A stretch of 51,619 nucleotides of DNA from Candidatus Parcubacteria bacterium. Its GTDB lineage: Bacteria; Patescibacteriota; Minisyncoccia; Phycocordibacterales; PALSA-1337. The number at the start of each line of letters is the position of its first letter. Position 1 is the stretch's first letter. Below the pieces are notes generated by a model. The model was not told the origin of the DNA, did no database searches, and saw only the letters and a program-made list of their open reading frames with translations. Positions 8,935-18,120 of this stretch are shown here, one piece after another. The stretch is taken from contig JBEBAU010000015.1 of the NCBI GenBank assembly GCA_041158765.1, forward strand, positions 1-51,619. The letters run 5' to 3'. Both the position numbers and the translations under genes were made by a program.

Positions 8935-10218
8935 TTAGATAGACTCAACCGAGTACATGCTATTGAGCTTCTTTTGTGTTTGTACGCCGACTACTCCGTC
9001 TTCACCTTGTATACCGTACTTTTTTTGAAACTGCGCTAGCGCCTTAGTGGTGCATGGTCCGAAGCCTCCGGTGCGAGGGCATGCATCAGTTGGGAATAAG
9101 CCTTCTTTTACAAATACTGTTTGGAGTGCGAGTAAATCTCTAATTGTTTCGGGTGTTTCTTTTGTCTTTTTTGAAATAGTTCTCGTCCATGTATATGGGA
9201 AAAGTGAGCTGTCTTGTACGCTCGATACCCCGGTCTTATTTCCCGCAAAAAAATCTTGAATGCCGAGGTAGGTTTGATATGCCATATCTTTCAGAATAAC
9301 AGAGCGAGATGTTGCATCCTGAAATTCGGTTTGATACATGTAACCGTATTCAATCAATATACTTGGCGCATCAATACTATTCTCTGCCCCAATTGCAATG
9401 AGTTCTTGATCTTCGACAATGCCGGATGACTCTTGCTCGAACGTGCTTGTCGCATAATAGTGAGACATACGACCCTTAATTGATTCAGCTATAGCTCGAG
9501 ACGTGCTGCTATTTGAATATTGATGATCAGGAATATACATAGTGAAACCAGTGTATTTGCCAGGAAGCTTCTGTTTTGAACGTGGATAATCGTTGAAATG
9601 AATGTGGATTGCAACATCAATATTGTTTTCATTTGACCACTTATTGATTCCATAGATTCGAAGTGCCGCTTCGGTTGCTGCATCTGCGTGATATACCTCG
9701 GTTACAGGCTTCTTGATAGTGCCACTCTGTACATGTGTAGACATTGCAGCTTTTTGCTTCGACACAAAAGCCTTGATTCCACCCATATGTTCAGAAAAAT
9801 ATGTATCAAAGGTCTTGGACCAACCAGTATTCGAACGAGGGACAATGGTTTCATACTGATGATTGTTCTGGATGAAATCAGTGAGGTATCCCGTGAGTTC
9901 TACTGCCATTTCACGCTCTTTGAGGTTACGATATTCTGCTCCACCAGACTTCGGTTCATGTCCCGGCATAATAAGGAGACGGATTTTCTTTTCTGCTTGT
10001 GTGGTTGCGATACGATACTTTTCTTTCAATGTCTCGACACTTGCTGTTGGAACAAAAAATGCTGAGGCTTGTTGATTAGTGTTATTAGTAACACCCTGCC
10101 CTGCCTGAAGTTCTTGTATCTGAGCAACAATTCCTGTACGAAGTTGTGAATCAAGAGCAATAGATGAAAAAACAAAAGTTCCAAGCGCGAGAGAAAAGAA
10201 AATAAGAATATTTTTCAT
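8935..10218 (-). CDS. N-acetylmuramoyl-L-alanine amidase (Amidase_3) with C-terminal peptidoglycan-binding domain
   Basis: Signal peptide, LIMPGH, E, IHIHFND, ILIEYGY; C-terminal GGFGPCTTKALAQFQKKYGI..DGVVG. Confidence 0.82.
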   Translation of the reverse strand: MKNILIFFSLALGTFVFSSIALDSQLRTGIVAQIQELQAGQGVTNNTNQQASAFFVPTASVETLKEKYRIATTQAEKKIRLLIMPGHEPKSGGAEYRNLKEREMAVELTGYLTDFIQNNHQYETIVPRSNTGWSKTFDTYFSEHMGGIKAFVSKQKAAMSTHVQSGTIKKPVTEVYHADAATEAALRIYGINKWSNENNIDVAIHIHFNDYPRSKQKLPGKYTGFTMYIPDHQYSNSSTSRAIAESIKGRMSHYYATSTFEQESSGIVEDQELIAIGAENSIDAPSILIEYGYMYQTEFQDATSRSVILKDMAYQTYLGIQDFFAGNKTGVSSVQDSSLFPYTWTRTISKKTKETPETIRDLLALQTVFVKEGLFPTDACPRTGGFGPCTTKALAQFQKKYGIQGEDGVVGVQTQKKLNSMYSVESI

Positions 10219-10247
10219 GCTAAAAGATATATGGTATAAGAAAGTAT

Positions 10248-11129
10248 ATGCCAGAACTCCCCGAAGTTCAAACGACTGTATCAGGTCTCAGTGCCATTAT
10301 CCCTGGTCTTGTTATTACGAATACATGGACTGACTATCGAAGCGACTTTTATCGCGGCAAAGATGTCATCCACAATCCCATCTTTTTCAAACAATTCAAA
10401 AAATCAGTTATTGGAAAGCGCGTATCGAGTGTATCTCGTCGTGCGAAGAATATTCTTATACATCTTGCTGATAATCAGGGTGAAATGAGTGGCACAATTC
10501 TCGTTCATATGAAAATGACTGGGCATTTACTTTACGGCGACTATAATCGCGAGGATCCATTCAATCGCTTCATACATTTCACACTTACATTTTCAAACAA
10601 TAAGACACTTGAACTCTCAGATATGCGGAGATTCGCAAAGGTTACATGGATACCAGCGACACACCTCGGCACCACGACTCACCTACAAGGTATTGGTCCC
10701 GAGCCACTTGAGGACACTTTCACCTATACCCTATTCAAAAACCGCCTTCACAAAAAACCTAATGGCAAAATAAAGACAGTTCTCATGGATCAAACAGTTA
10801 TTGCTGGTATTGGTAATATTTATAGTGATGAAATGTTGTGGCGAGCAGGTATTCATCCAGAAAGGCAGGTTGAAAGTATTGGTGAAATTCAACTCAAGAA
10901 ATTATTTCACGCAATGAAGGAAGTGCTCAATAAAGGAATTGATTTTGGTGGAGACTCGATGTCTGATTATCGAAACATTGATGGAAATCGTGGCAAATTT
11001 CAAGAACAACACTGTGCATACCGACGCACTGGTAAGAAATGTGACAAAAAAGGTTGCGCGGGCACCATACAAAGAAAAATGGTTGGGGGTAGAAGTGCGC
11101 ACTTCTGTGACACACATCAGCAAAGATAA
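10248..11129 (+). CDS. mutM: Formamidopyrimidine-DNA glycosylase
   Basis: MPELPEV, HMKMTG, GIGNIYSDE, C-terminal zinc finger. Confidence 0.95.
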   Translation: MPELPEVQTTVSGLSAIIPGLVITNTWTDYRSDFYRGKDVIHNPIFFKQFKKSVIGKRVSSVSRRAKNILIHLADNQGEMSGTILVHMKMTGHLLYGDYNREDPFNRFIHFTLTFSNNKTLELSDMRRFAKVTWIPATHLGTTTHLQGIGPEPLEDTFTYTLFKNRLHKKPNGKIKTVLMDQTVIAGIGNIYSDEMLWRAGIHPERQVESIGEIQLKKLFHAMKEVLNKGIDFGGDSMSDYRNIDGNRGKFQEQHCAYRRTGKKCDKKGCAGTIQRKMVGGRSAHFCDTHQQR

Positions 11130-11138
11130 TGGTATAGA

Positions 11139-11651
11139 TTATTCAAACATTCCAAAAAGAGCGATACCGGTTGCCACAGAGACATTGAGTGATTCTTTTT
11201 TACCTTGCATTGGTATTTCTGCAATAACATCGACGATATCAAGTGTTTTCTTGTCTACACCGTCAACTTCATTACCAACAATGAGCAAAATAGGCTGATC
11301 AACAGAGTTTTGTGCGTGGACTTCGCGATAATGAACTGATCGGGCATCTTGCTCGAGAGCGACGATTTTCATTCCTGATTTTTTCATCTTCTTAATGAAA
11401 TCATGTACGCCATCAATACCACCCTCTATCACTTCATGTGGCACTGTCTGCTCTGCTCCAAGCGCCACCTTCGCAAGATCTGCACGTGCTCGACCGAATC
11501 GATCCTTCGGTGTGGGTGTCACCCCTGAAATGTAAATTCGAGCAACACCAAAAGCGTCTGCTGTGCGGAAAATTGACCCAACATTATGTACGCTCCGTAT
11601 ATCGTGGAGAAGCAGTGAAACACTCGCGTTTCGAGGCTTTTGTGGTATCAT
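11139..11651 (-). CDS. TrmH/SpoU-family RNA methyltransferase
   Basis: IRSVHNVGSIFRTADA, GNEVDGV, ESLNVSVA; start reset to MIPQK. Confidence 0.9.
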   Translation of the reverse strand: MIPQKPRNASVSLLLHDIRSVHNVGSIFRTADAFGVARIYISGVTPTPKDRFGRARADLAKVALGAEQTVPHEVIEGGIDGVHDFIKKMKKSGMKIVALEQDARSVHYREVHAQNSVDQPILLIVGNEVDGVDKKTLDIVDVIAEIPMQGKKESLNVSVATGIALFGMFE

Positions 11652-11688
11652 AGTGCCACAACTATATATCAAGATAATCAAAACGCAT

Positions 11689-12063
11689 ATGCTCTCACTC
11701 TTCCCAGAACTATTCACATACCAAATGATTGCTCCGTTCATTCTCCGAGTCACCCTTGGTCTTGTGCTCGTATTTTGGGGATATCGTGGCATTATTGCTC
11801 GTAATCCTGATGGATCTCGTGTTCCTCATGGCGGTATGCTTGGTATTGTTGATGTGGCAACAGGTATTCTCCTTGTATGTGGCTTCCTCACACAATTTGC
11901 AGCACTTGTTGCTGTCGTTGTTTTGGGAGCGAAGCTTGTGAGCAAAATGCTCGCAAAATCTTTGTTCACCGATGGTGTTAACTACTACTTCATCCTCTTT
12001 GTGATCGCTCTTTCTATCCTCTTCACTGGAGCTGGATTTTTTGCAATAGACTTGCCCCTCTAA
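11689..12063 (+). CDS. DoxX-like membrane protein
   Basis: ILRVTLG...GFLTQFAA...TGAGFFAIDLPL; start reset to MLSLFP. Confidence 0.75.
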   Translation: MLSLFPELFTYQMIAPFILRVTLGLVLVFWGYRGIIARNPDGSRVPHGGMLGIVDVATGILLVCGFLTQFAALVAVVVLGAKLVSKMLAKSLFTDGVNYYFILFVIALSILFTGAGFFAIDLPL

Positions 12064-12101
12064 GCAAAAGCAGGTAGTATCACTTTCATACTTATATATA
12101 T

Positions 12102-12174
12102 GCGCCCATAGCTCAGTTGGTAGAGCATCTCCCTTTTAAGGAGTGGGTCGTTGGTTCGATTCCAACTGGGCGCA
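12102..12174 (+). tRNA. tRNA-Lys (anticodon TTT)
   Basis: GCGCCCA/TGGGCGC acceptor stem, AGCTCAGTTGGTAGAGC D-arm, CTTTTAA loop, GTTCGATTC T-loop. Confidence 0.93.
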
Positions 12175-12222
12175 CATCATACAAAAAGACCGGACTGCTC
12201 CGGTCTTTTTGTATGATGTGCG
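12171..12222. repeat. Perfect 24-bp inverted repeat (terminator-like) after tRNA-Lys
   Basis: CGCACATCATACAAAAAGACCGGA-ctgc-TCCGGTCTTTTTGTATGATGTGCG. Confidence 0.85.
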
Positions 12223-12407
12223 AGGCGCAGTGATGTGAGCGCAGCAGCGCGAACCACGAGCCGGGGTCGCGAAACTTTCTGAGCGACGGCGAAGAAAGTA
12301 TTCGTGACCACATAAACCTCGAAGAGGTTTATCCTTTTACTTATCTTTTACCTTTCACTTATCCTTCCTGACCCAAATAAAAACAGCGACTTTCATCGCT
12401 GTGTATT

Positions 12408-12836
12408 TCAAAACTTAAAATTCAAATTGATATTAACCGAATTAACACCATCAATTTTTGCATCCAATTGAATCTTTTTGCTGAACTCATAACCGATAGT
12501 TGCATCGCCACGAATATACGCTCGGCCAACTTCATACCTCGTAGCACGCATATTGTTCACGACATCTTCGTGGTCCCCTTTGCGAGCCATAGGATCGAAG
12601 GAACCAAGCACGTAGTCTTTTTTCACATCAACCTTCAGTGAACCAAGACTCACGGAGTCGCCTCCCCCTTTGAATTCATCGAAACTAATTCGCGTAGGAT
12701 ATCCCCTCGCAATGAAGTAGTCGCGTATATAAAACTCGTGCTTGAAACAATACGGATAGACACAATCATCAACTTCTTCCGAACAACCAACAGAAAGACA
12801 GAACAGTGAGAAAGCCGCCAATGCCAATTTTTTCAT
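12408..12836 (-). CDS. Hypothetical lipoprotein
   Basis: MKK signal peptide, lipobox-like SVGC, AAGGGGAG SD upstream. Confidence 0.65.
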   Translation of the reverse strand: MKKLALAAFSLFCLSVGCSEEVDDCVYPYCFKHEFYIRDYFIARGYPTRISFDEFKGGGDSVSLGSLKVDVKKDYVLGSFDPMARKGDHEDVVNNMRATRYEVGRAYIRGDATIGYEFSKKIQLDAKIDGVNSVNINLNFKF

Positions 12837-12862
12837 ACGAAGCTCCCCTTTCGACCCACACT

Positions 12863-13606
12863 CTACACCCGAAGTAACAATGACTCAAGTGCTGTTTCTA
12901 GATCATGTTGTCCACGTCGAGCGTCATGCGAAACCGTAATTAATTCATCCAAAATTGTTCGCAATTCTATTTCAGTGAAATTTTTTGCATACGCAGCTGA
13001 CTTTGTATGAACGAATGAAGAAAGACCTGATTCATTCATGTTTTTTGTTTTTGCAGCAAGCAACATAGACTTTATTTGCCAGAATAGTGTGCCATGTAAT
13101 TCCTCTGGAGAAGCCCCGCTATCAATAAGCTCTCGATACAATATCCAAAGCTCTTTTTTGTCACGACGACCGAATGCATCCGCAAGCACAAATCCTGACG
13201 GAGCATTCGCAAATGTTCCCGATTGACTACTAGCAGCCTCAAATTCCTGTGTCTTCTCGGCAACAGCGCTGATTTTTTTGGCTGTTGCTACATCAAGCTT
13301 CCCTTCAAGCACGATGAATATATTGTCAGAGTCAGCCATAATAGACACTGTCTCAACAAGTCCTTCGCGGAGTTTTTTGTCTTCGCATACTCGATCAACA
13401 AGTACGATGTATTTATTTGAAAAAAGTCCTTGTCCGCCAGCATATTCTGAAATAAGTGCGGCGGCATTTTCACCCGCAAGAGCCCACATTTCAGCATTCA
13501 AGGTGAAAAAAGCTGCATCAGGTTTCTTCTTCTGAAGAGACGCGATAAGCTCGCGCGCCTTTATTCGCGCTTTTTCTGTATCTGAGCCATAAAGGAAATA
13601 AAGCAT
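12863..13606 (-). CDS. holA: DNA polymerase III delta subunit (short form)
   Basis: MLYFLYGSD, GLFSNKYIV, FVLADAFGRRDKK...LETALESLLL. Confidence 0.75.
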   Translation of the reverse strand: MLYFLYGSDTEKARIKARELIASLQKKKPDAAFFTLNAEMWALAGENAAALISEYAGGQGLFSNKYIVLVDRVCEDKKLREGLVETVSIMADSDNIFIVLEGKLDVATAKKISAVAEKTQEFEAASSQSGTFANAPSGFVLADAFGRRDKKELWILYRELIDSGASPEELHGTLFWQIKSMLLAAKTKNMNESGLSSFVHTKSAAYAKNFTEIELRTILDELITVSHDARRGQHDLETALESLLLRV

Positions 13607-13660
13607 GTGCTAAGTATATCCGAATCAAAAAAATAAAAAACCCTTCGAAAAGAAGAGTTA

Positions 13661-14008
13661 CTACTTCACAAGCAAAACAAATTTTTTGAAATGGCCACTG
13701 TCAGTGACGTCCACCGGCGCAACCGTGAAGCGTTGTGCTTTTGCGCGGGGAGATGTCGAAAGTTTGATGGTGCCGGTAATGTCCGGTCCGTCGTCGAGGG
13801 TTAACTCGTGTTGAAACTGCTTACAGTGACGCGCGACCAACGCTTCAATCTTCGAACGATTGAGCATGCCAATCACCGTAACTTCCGCATATCTTTCGGG
13901 GTTGTAGTCAGGAGACACAACCGATTCGAGCGCAATTTCGGTCACAAGCGTGCCGATAATGTGCCCTTGAGGTGGGGATTTTTGAAGGTCCCGGAGAATA
14001 TTACTCAT
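13661..14008 (-). CDS. Hypothetical protein
   Basis: 115-aa ORF with an upstream promoter-like sequence. Confidence 0.55.
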   Translation of the reverse strand: MSNILRDLQKSPPQGHIIGTLVTEIALESVVSPDYNPERYAEVTVIGMLNRSKIEALVARHCKQFQHELTLDDGPDITGTIKLSTSPRAKAQRFTVAPVDVTDSGHFKKFVLLVK

Positions 14009-14097
14009 AACAATATAAGAGAAGAACTGAACTAAACTTTCGATACCAACTTGGCTGCGCGCACAACCTGCGCGTAGTCAAATACCGCCAATGTAGA

Positions 14098-14125
14098 AAT
14101 ATACTCCGAAATCACGATACGTCAA
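14098..14125 (-). promoter_or_regulatory. Sigma70-like promoter
   Basis: TTGACG-16 nt-TATATT on minus strand. Confidence 0.5.
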
Positions 14126-14143
14126 GGCGTTTGTACACAAAGC

Positions 14144-16789
14144 CTATTTGAGCATTCCCCAATTTTCACCAAGCAAACTATTTGCAATGAGGCGAATACC
14201 ACTAATATCTTTTGGGTCGATCACGGTTTCCATCATTTTTTTGATATCTGTAGCAACTTTTTCTGAGACAGTCTCGCGAATTTCATATACCAATTCATCA
14301 TGCACCTGCAGAATGAGGAATACATCGTCGCGAAGAGCATTTTTTTCAATATAGTCATCAATGCATTTCATTGCCATCTTCACAACATCAGCATTAGTAC
14401 CCTGTATAGGAGCGTTGATAGCCATTCGTTCAGCCATTGCTTTCACATATGGTATGCGAGAATTAATTCCTTCGAAGCTACGACGTCGACCAAAAAACGT
14501 CTCTGTGAAGCCCTTTTGTGCTGTTTCTGCTTTTACCTTATCAAGATAGTGTGCGAGGCCAGAAAACTTCGCAAAATATGCATTATAAAATTCCTGTGCT
14601 TCGGCTCGGGTAACTTTTGCATCCCCTTCTTCGAGATTAGTACGGAGCGCATTCACACCCATACCATAGAGAATTCCGAAGTTAATAACTTTTGCTCGAC
14701 GGCGCATTTCTCGATCTACTTTATCATATGACACATTGAAAACTTCGGCAGCGACAGCAGTGTGTACATCTTCGCCATTCTTGAAAATTTCAATTAATTT
14801 CTCATCACCTGAAAGGAATGCTGCGACACGCAATTCAATCTGAGAATAATCAAAAGCTCCGAGCACAAAACCTTTTTCTGCAATAAATGCAGTGCGAATT
14901 GCGCGACCAAGTTCTGTTTTCACCGGAATATTCTGAAGGTTTGGATCCTGCGAAGCCATTCGACCAGTTGTTGTTCCTGTTTGAATGAAATTACTGTGGA
15001 GACGGTCATTGGAATCGAGAAGTGTTGGTATGGTATCTATATATGTAGAGAGAAGTTTTTGAAATTCACGATATTGAAAAATGAGTGGCACAATTGGGTG
15101 TGCATCACGAAGCTTTTCGAGTTCAGATTCGCGTGTTGAACGCGCGCCACCTGAAGTTTTTTTCAAACCCTTTGCAGTTAGCATGAGGCGGTCAAAAAGT
15201 ATTTCGCCAAGCTGTTTTGGTGAATTGATATTGAATTCTGTGCCAGCGTGTTTCCAAATTTCTTTTTCAAGACGAGTGAGGTCGGCATGATAGTCATGTG
15301 AAAGCTTCGCGAGAAGCTCGCGATCTATCTTCACCCCACGCGCATTCATACGCTCAGCTATTGGCACCACCGGCAACTCAATTTCTTCATACACCTTACG
15401 GAGGCGAGGCTCTTGATTGAGTTGTTTGAAAATAAAATCTGAAGCTGTCGCAAAGCTCACTTTTTCAGCACTCGCCGCAACTGAAGTGCCATTCCCCGCA
15501 GCACTGTTAAGTTCCGACATCGGCATATGTGTCAAAGCATAATTAAGCACGTCTTCTACACCTGGATTTGTGAGATTAGAATCAAGAAGCCAGAGCGCTA
15601 TCGTGGCTTTTTTTAATTCATACGGGTCAACTACTTCGACTGAATTCAAGCTTGCCCGACCTGAATTAATATTTTCTGAGCCAGAAGTTACTTTGTTTTT
15701 TGCAGTGTGTAAATTTTCGGACAACTGAATTTCCTTTGAGCCCAACTTTGAGTTGTCCGAATTTTTACTATCGCCTATATCACCTCCGGAGGTGGCGGTT
15801 TTTTCTGCGCCACCAATGGCGGCAGTAAGACGCGCCCCAAAAGTGCGGAAGTTGAGCTCACCAAAAAGCACATTTACTTTGTGCATGTCGAGCATTTCTG
15901 CAAAATGTTTCGAAGGTTTTTGAAAATCAATTGGCGCATCGCGACGAATAGTCGCGAGCATTTTGCTAAATTGTGCCTCCTCTCGACCATCAATCAATAG
16001 CTGAATGATGCGCGGTGTGATACCAACAGCAGTAAATGCTGAATAATCTGGTTCGGCTTTTTTGCCCTTACTTTTATTTGCGGTTTTTTGTTCAGCATCG
16101 AGCGCCTTATATATACCTTCGACGGTGCCGAATGTTTGGATGAGTGTTGCGCCGGTTTTTTCACCAATGCCTTTTATGCCGATAATATTATCTGATGGAT
16201 CCCCTCGAAGACCCTTATAATCTGGCAACTGTTCTGGACCAAAACCAAATCGAGCTCGTACCGCATCTTCGTCATAGAGTATCGTGTCCTTTATTCCCTT
16301 TTTGAGGGTATATACTTGCACACGATTTCCTGAAACAAGTTGAAGTGTGTCCATATCTCCGGACGCGATTACAATATCAATATTTGAGAAATCGCGTCCT
16401 TTCAAAACTTTCGCCACAATAGTGCCGAGCATATCATCCGCTTCAAAACCCGGTTTATCATAAATAGGAATATTGAGTGCGTGAAAAACATCTCGTGATC
16501 GTTTGAGCTGTGCGACAAGATCGCTATCGGTTTTTGCGCGCCCAGCTTTGTAGTCTTTGTACACCTCATGACGATATGTTGGCCCCGGAAGGTCATAACA
16601 CGCGACGATATAATCAGGTTTCAATTCCGCAATAATAGAAATAAGCATGCTTACGAGGCCATAAATAGCACCTGTTGGTTCGCCTTTTGTTGAAACAAAA
16701 TCAGGCAATGCATGATAGGCTCGATGCAAAATAGCGTGAGAATCAAGGAGAATGAGCTTTTCGCGTTTTCTTTCAGCCGTCTTTTTCAT
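14144..16789 (-). CDS. polA: DNA polymerase I (5'-3' exonuclease plus polymerase)
   Basis: EADD, GDPSDNIIGIKGIG, TGRMASQDPNLQNIP, DYSQIELR, KVINFGILYG, QVHDEL. Confidence 0.96.
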   Translation of the reverse strand: MKKTAERKREKLILLDSHAILHRAYHALPDFVSTKGEPTGAIYGLVSMLISIIAELKPDYIVACYDLPGPTYRHEVYKDYKAGRAKTDSDLVAQLKRSRDVFHALNIPIYDKPGFEADDMLGTIVAKVLKGRDFSNIDIVIASGDMDTLQLVSGNRVQVYTLKKGIKDTILYDEDAVRARFGFGPEQLPDYKGLRGDPSDNIIGIKGIGEKTGATLIQTFGTVEGIYKALDAEQKTANKSKGKKAEPDYSAFTAVGITPRIIQLLIDGREEAQFSKMLATIRRDAPIDFQKPSKHFAEMLDMHKVNVLFGELNFRTFGARLTAAIGGAEKTATSGGDIGDSKNSDNSKLGSKEIQLSENLHTAKNKVTSGSENINSGRASLNSVEVVDPYELKKATIALWLLDSNLTNPGVEDVLNYALTHMPMSELNSAAGNGTSVAASAEKVSFATASDFIFKQLNQEPRLRKVYEEIELPVVPIAERMNARGVKIDRELLAKLSHDYHADLTRLEKEIWKHAGTEFNINSPKQLGEILFDRLMLTAKGLKKTSGGARSTRESELEKLRDAHPIVPLIFQYREFQKLLSTYIDTIPTLLDSNDRLHSNFIQTGTTTGRMASQDPNLQNIPVKTELGRAIRTAFIAEKGFVLGAFDYSQIELRVAAFLSGDEKLIEIFKNGEDVHTAVAAEVFNVSYDKVDREMRRRAKVINFGILYGMGVNALRTNLEEGDAKVTRAEAQEFYNAYFAKFSGLAHYLDKVKAETAQKGFTETFFGRRRSFEGINSRIPYVKAMAERMAINAPIQGTNADVVKMAMKCIDDYIEKNALRDDVFLILQVHDELVYEIRETVSEKVATDIKKMMETVIDPKDISGIRLIANSLLGENWGMLK

Positions 16790-16831
16790 ATGCACATTGT
16801 ACAGGAGCGTTGAAAATTGGCTACCTGTTAC

Positions 16832-17302
16832 CTACCAAACAATCTCGCGTACACTTTCATCTATAAAAGTGAAATTAATTGTATACATATCTTGCGGCAA
16901 TAATTGAGAAACTCGCTCAGGCCATTCAATGAAAATAAGATTGTGTGAATCAGCTGAAATAGAACTCCAACCGATCACTTCGAGCTCACTCGCCTCTTCG
17001 AGCCGATATGCATCAATATGAATAAAATGTGTGAAACCCGCCGCACGAAATGATTCATCCTGAATCACGTACTTTTTTTGAACAACAAATGTCGGACTAG
17101 TAACTTGTTCGGTGATATTGAGCTCGGCTGCAATAGCTTGTGTAAATGTTGTTTTGCCAGAACCAAGATTTCCGTGGAGGCCAACAATTGTGGCGGAGTT
17201 TTTGGTGGTCGTTGCGCCAACGTCGCTTTTTTTATTTGAAAGAATTTCTGAAAGAAATTGTTTTGCTAGATTTTTGGTTTCAGTAAGTGACGTTGTTTTC
17301 AT
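16832..17302 (-). CDS. tsaE: tRNA threonylcarbamoyladenosine ATPase TsaE
   Basis: GNLGSGKTTF, VTSPTF, HIDAYRL, IEWPE; start reset to MKTTS. Confidence 0.93.
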   Translation of the reverse strand: MKTTSLTETKNLAKQFLSEILSNKKSDVGATTTKNSATIVGLHGNLGSGKTTFTQAIAAELNITEQVTSPTFVVQKKYVIQDESFRAAGFTHFIHIDAYRLEEASELEVIGWSSISADSHNLIFIEWPERVSQLLPQDMYTINFTFIDESVREIVW

Positions 17303-17338
17303 ATATTCAATATAACAGTCTCCCCCATAAAAGTGAAA

Positions 17339-17380
17339 CCGCCGGAAAACATTTGCTTGCAGCAAAGTGTTTTCCGGCGG
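17339..17380. terminator. Stem-loop after orphan gene
   Basis: CCGCCGGAAAACA-TTTGCT...AGCAAA-G-TGTTTTCCGGCGG. Confidence 0.6.
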
Positions 17381-17395
17381 CAGCCATGAAGCGTT

Positions 17396-17926
17396 TTACT
17401 GCTTCACAGCTCGCGACAACAGGATTATTGGTCCGAATGTCGCTTCCTTGAGTCCTCCCTGGACATACCCCGCCCGCGGACGATTGGGATCTTTTGAATC
17501 CTTCATCCACGGTCCGGCAATGTAGCAGTCGGGGGCGATGCCACTACCACTTCCGGAGACAACTGTCGTGCGGTCCGTGACAACATCACGAATGCTACAG
17601 TCTTTGCCCACGACCGTGGTGCGCGCGACGCTATCAATCCGATATTGATAGTCATACTCATACGTTCCGCCACCAGTGTGGGAGAACGTATGGTTGGGTT
17701 TTTGAATCCCAAGCACCTGTGATGCACTCGCCGGTTCACCCGGCGCGAGACCGACCACTTCTCCACGAGCTTGCGCAGCGCGGATGTTTGCGGCCTGGAA
17801 GGCATTTACTTCTGCCTCGTCGTAAAACGTCTGGCACCCACTCGTGAGAGTGAGCACGCCGAGCATTACGAGAAGCATCTGGAGGATTTTGATTCTGACA
17901 AGGAACTTTTGGAATTGAGTTTTCAT
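17396..17926 (-). CDS. Hypothetical lipoprotein
   Basis: Hydrophobic signal peptide with LTSGC lipobox; visibly more GC-rich than neighbours. Confidence 0.6.
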   Translation of the reverse strand: MKTQFQKFLVRIKILQMLLVMLGVLTLTSGCQTFYDEAEVNAFQAANIRAAQARGEVVGLAPGEPASASQVLGIQKPNHTFSHTGGGTYEYDYQYRIDSVARTTVVGKDCSIRDVVTDRTTVVSGSGSGIAPDCYIAGPWMKDSKDPNRPRAGYVQGGLKEATFGPIILLSRAVKQ

Positions 17927-18028
17927 TTCTAGAATTTTTTTTCGTTGTTATTTCACACATGAACCAAACAGGGTTCGTGGGTGAAATAAGCGGTGTGGTT
18001 GGAATTTCAATTGCCCGTCTATGTTAGT

Positions 18029-18058
18029 ATTATACCACACTACATAGCCTTAAGTCAA
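18029..18058 (-). promoter_or_regulatory. Sigma70-like promoter with extended -10
   Basis: TTGACT-18 nt-TATAAT, with TGG immediately before the -10. Confidence 0.6.
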
Positions 18059-18120
18059 TACCCCTTTCATGCCTCAATATAGCCCTATATTTGCTATACT
18101 AATAGCATAATTTCATCATC

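Noticed and set aside
12113-12313. 66-aa minus-strand ORF
   Set aside because: Antisense shadow of tRNA-Lys (VRPVGIEPTT is a typical tRNA translation artefact)
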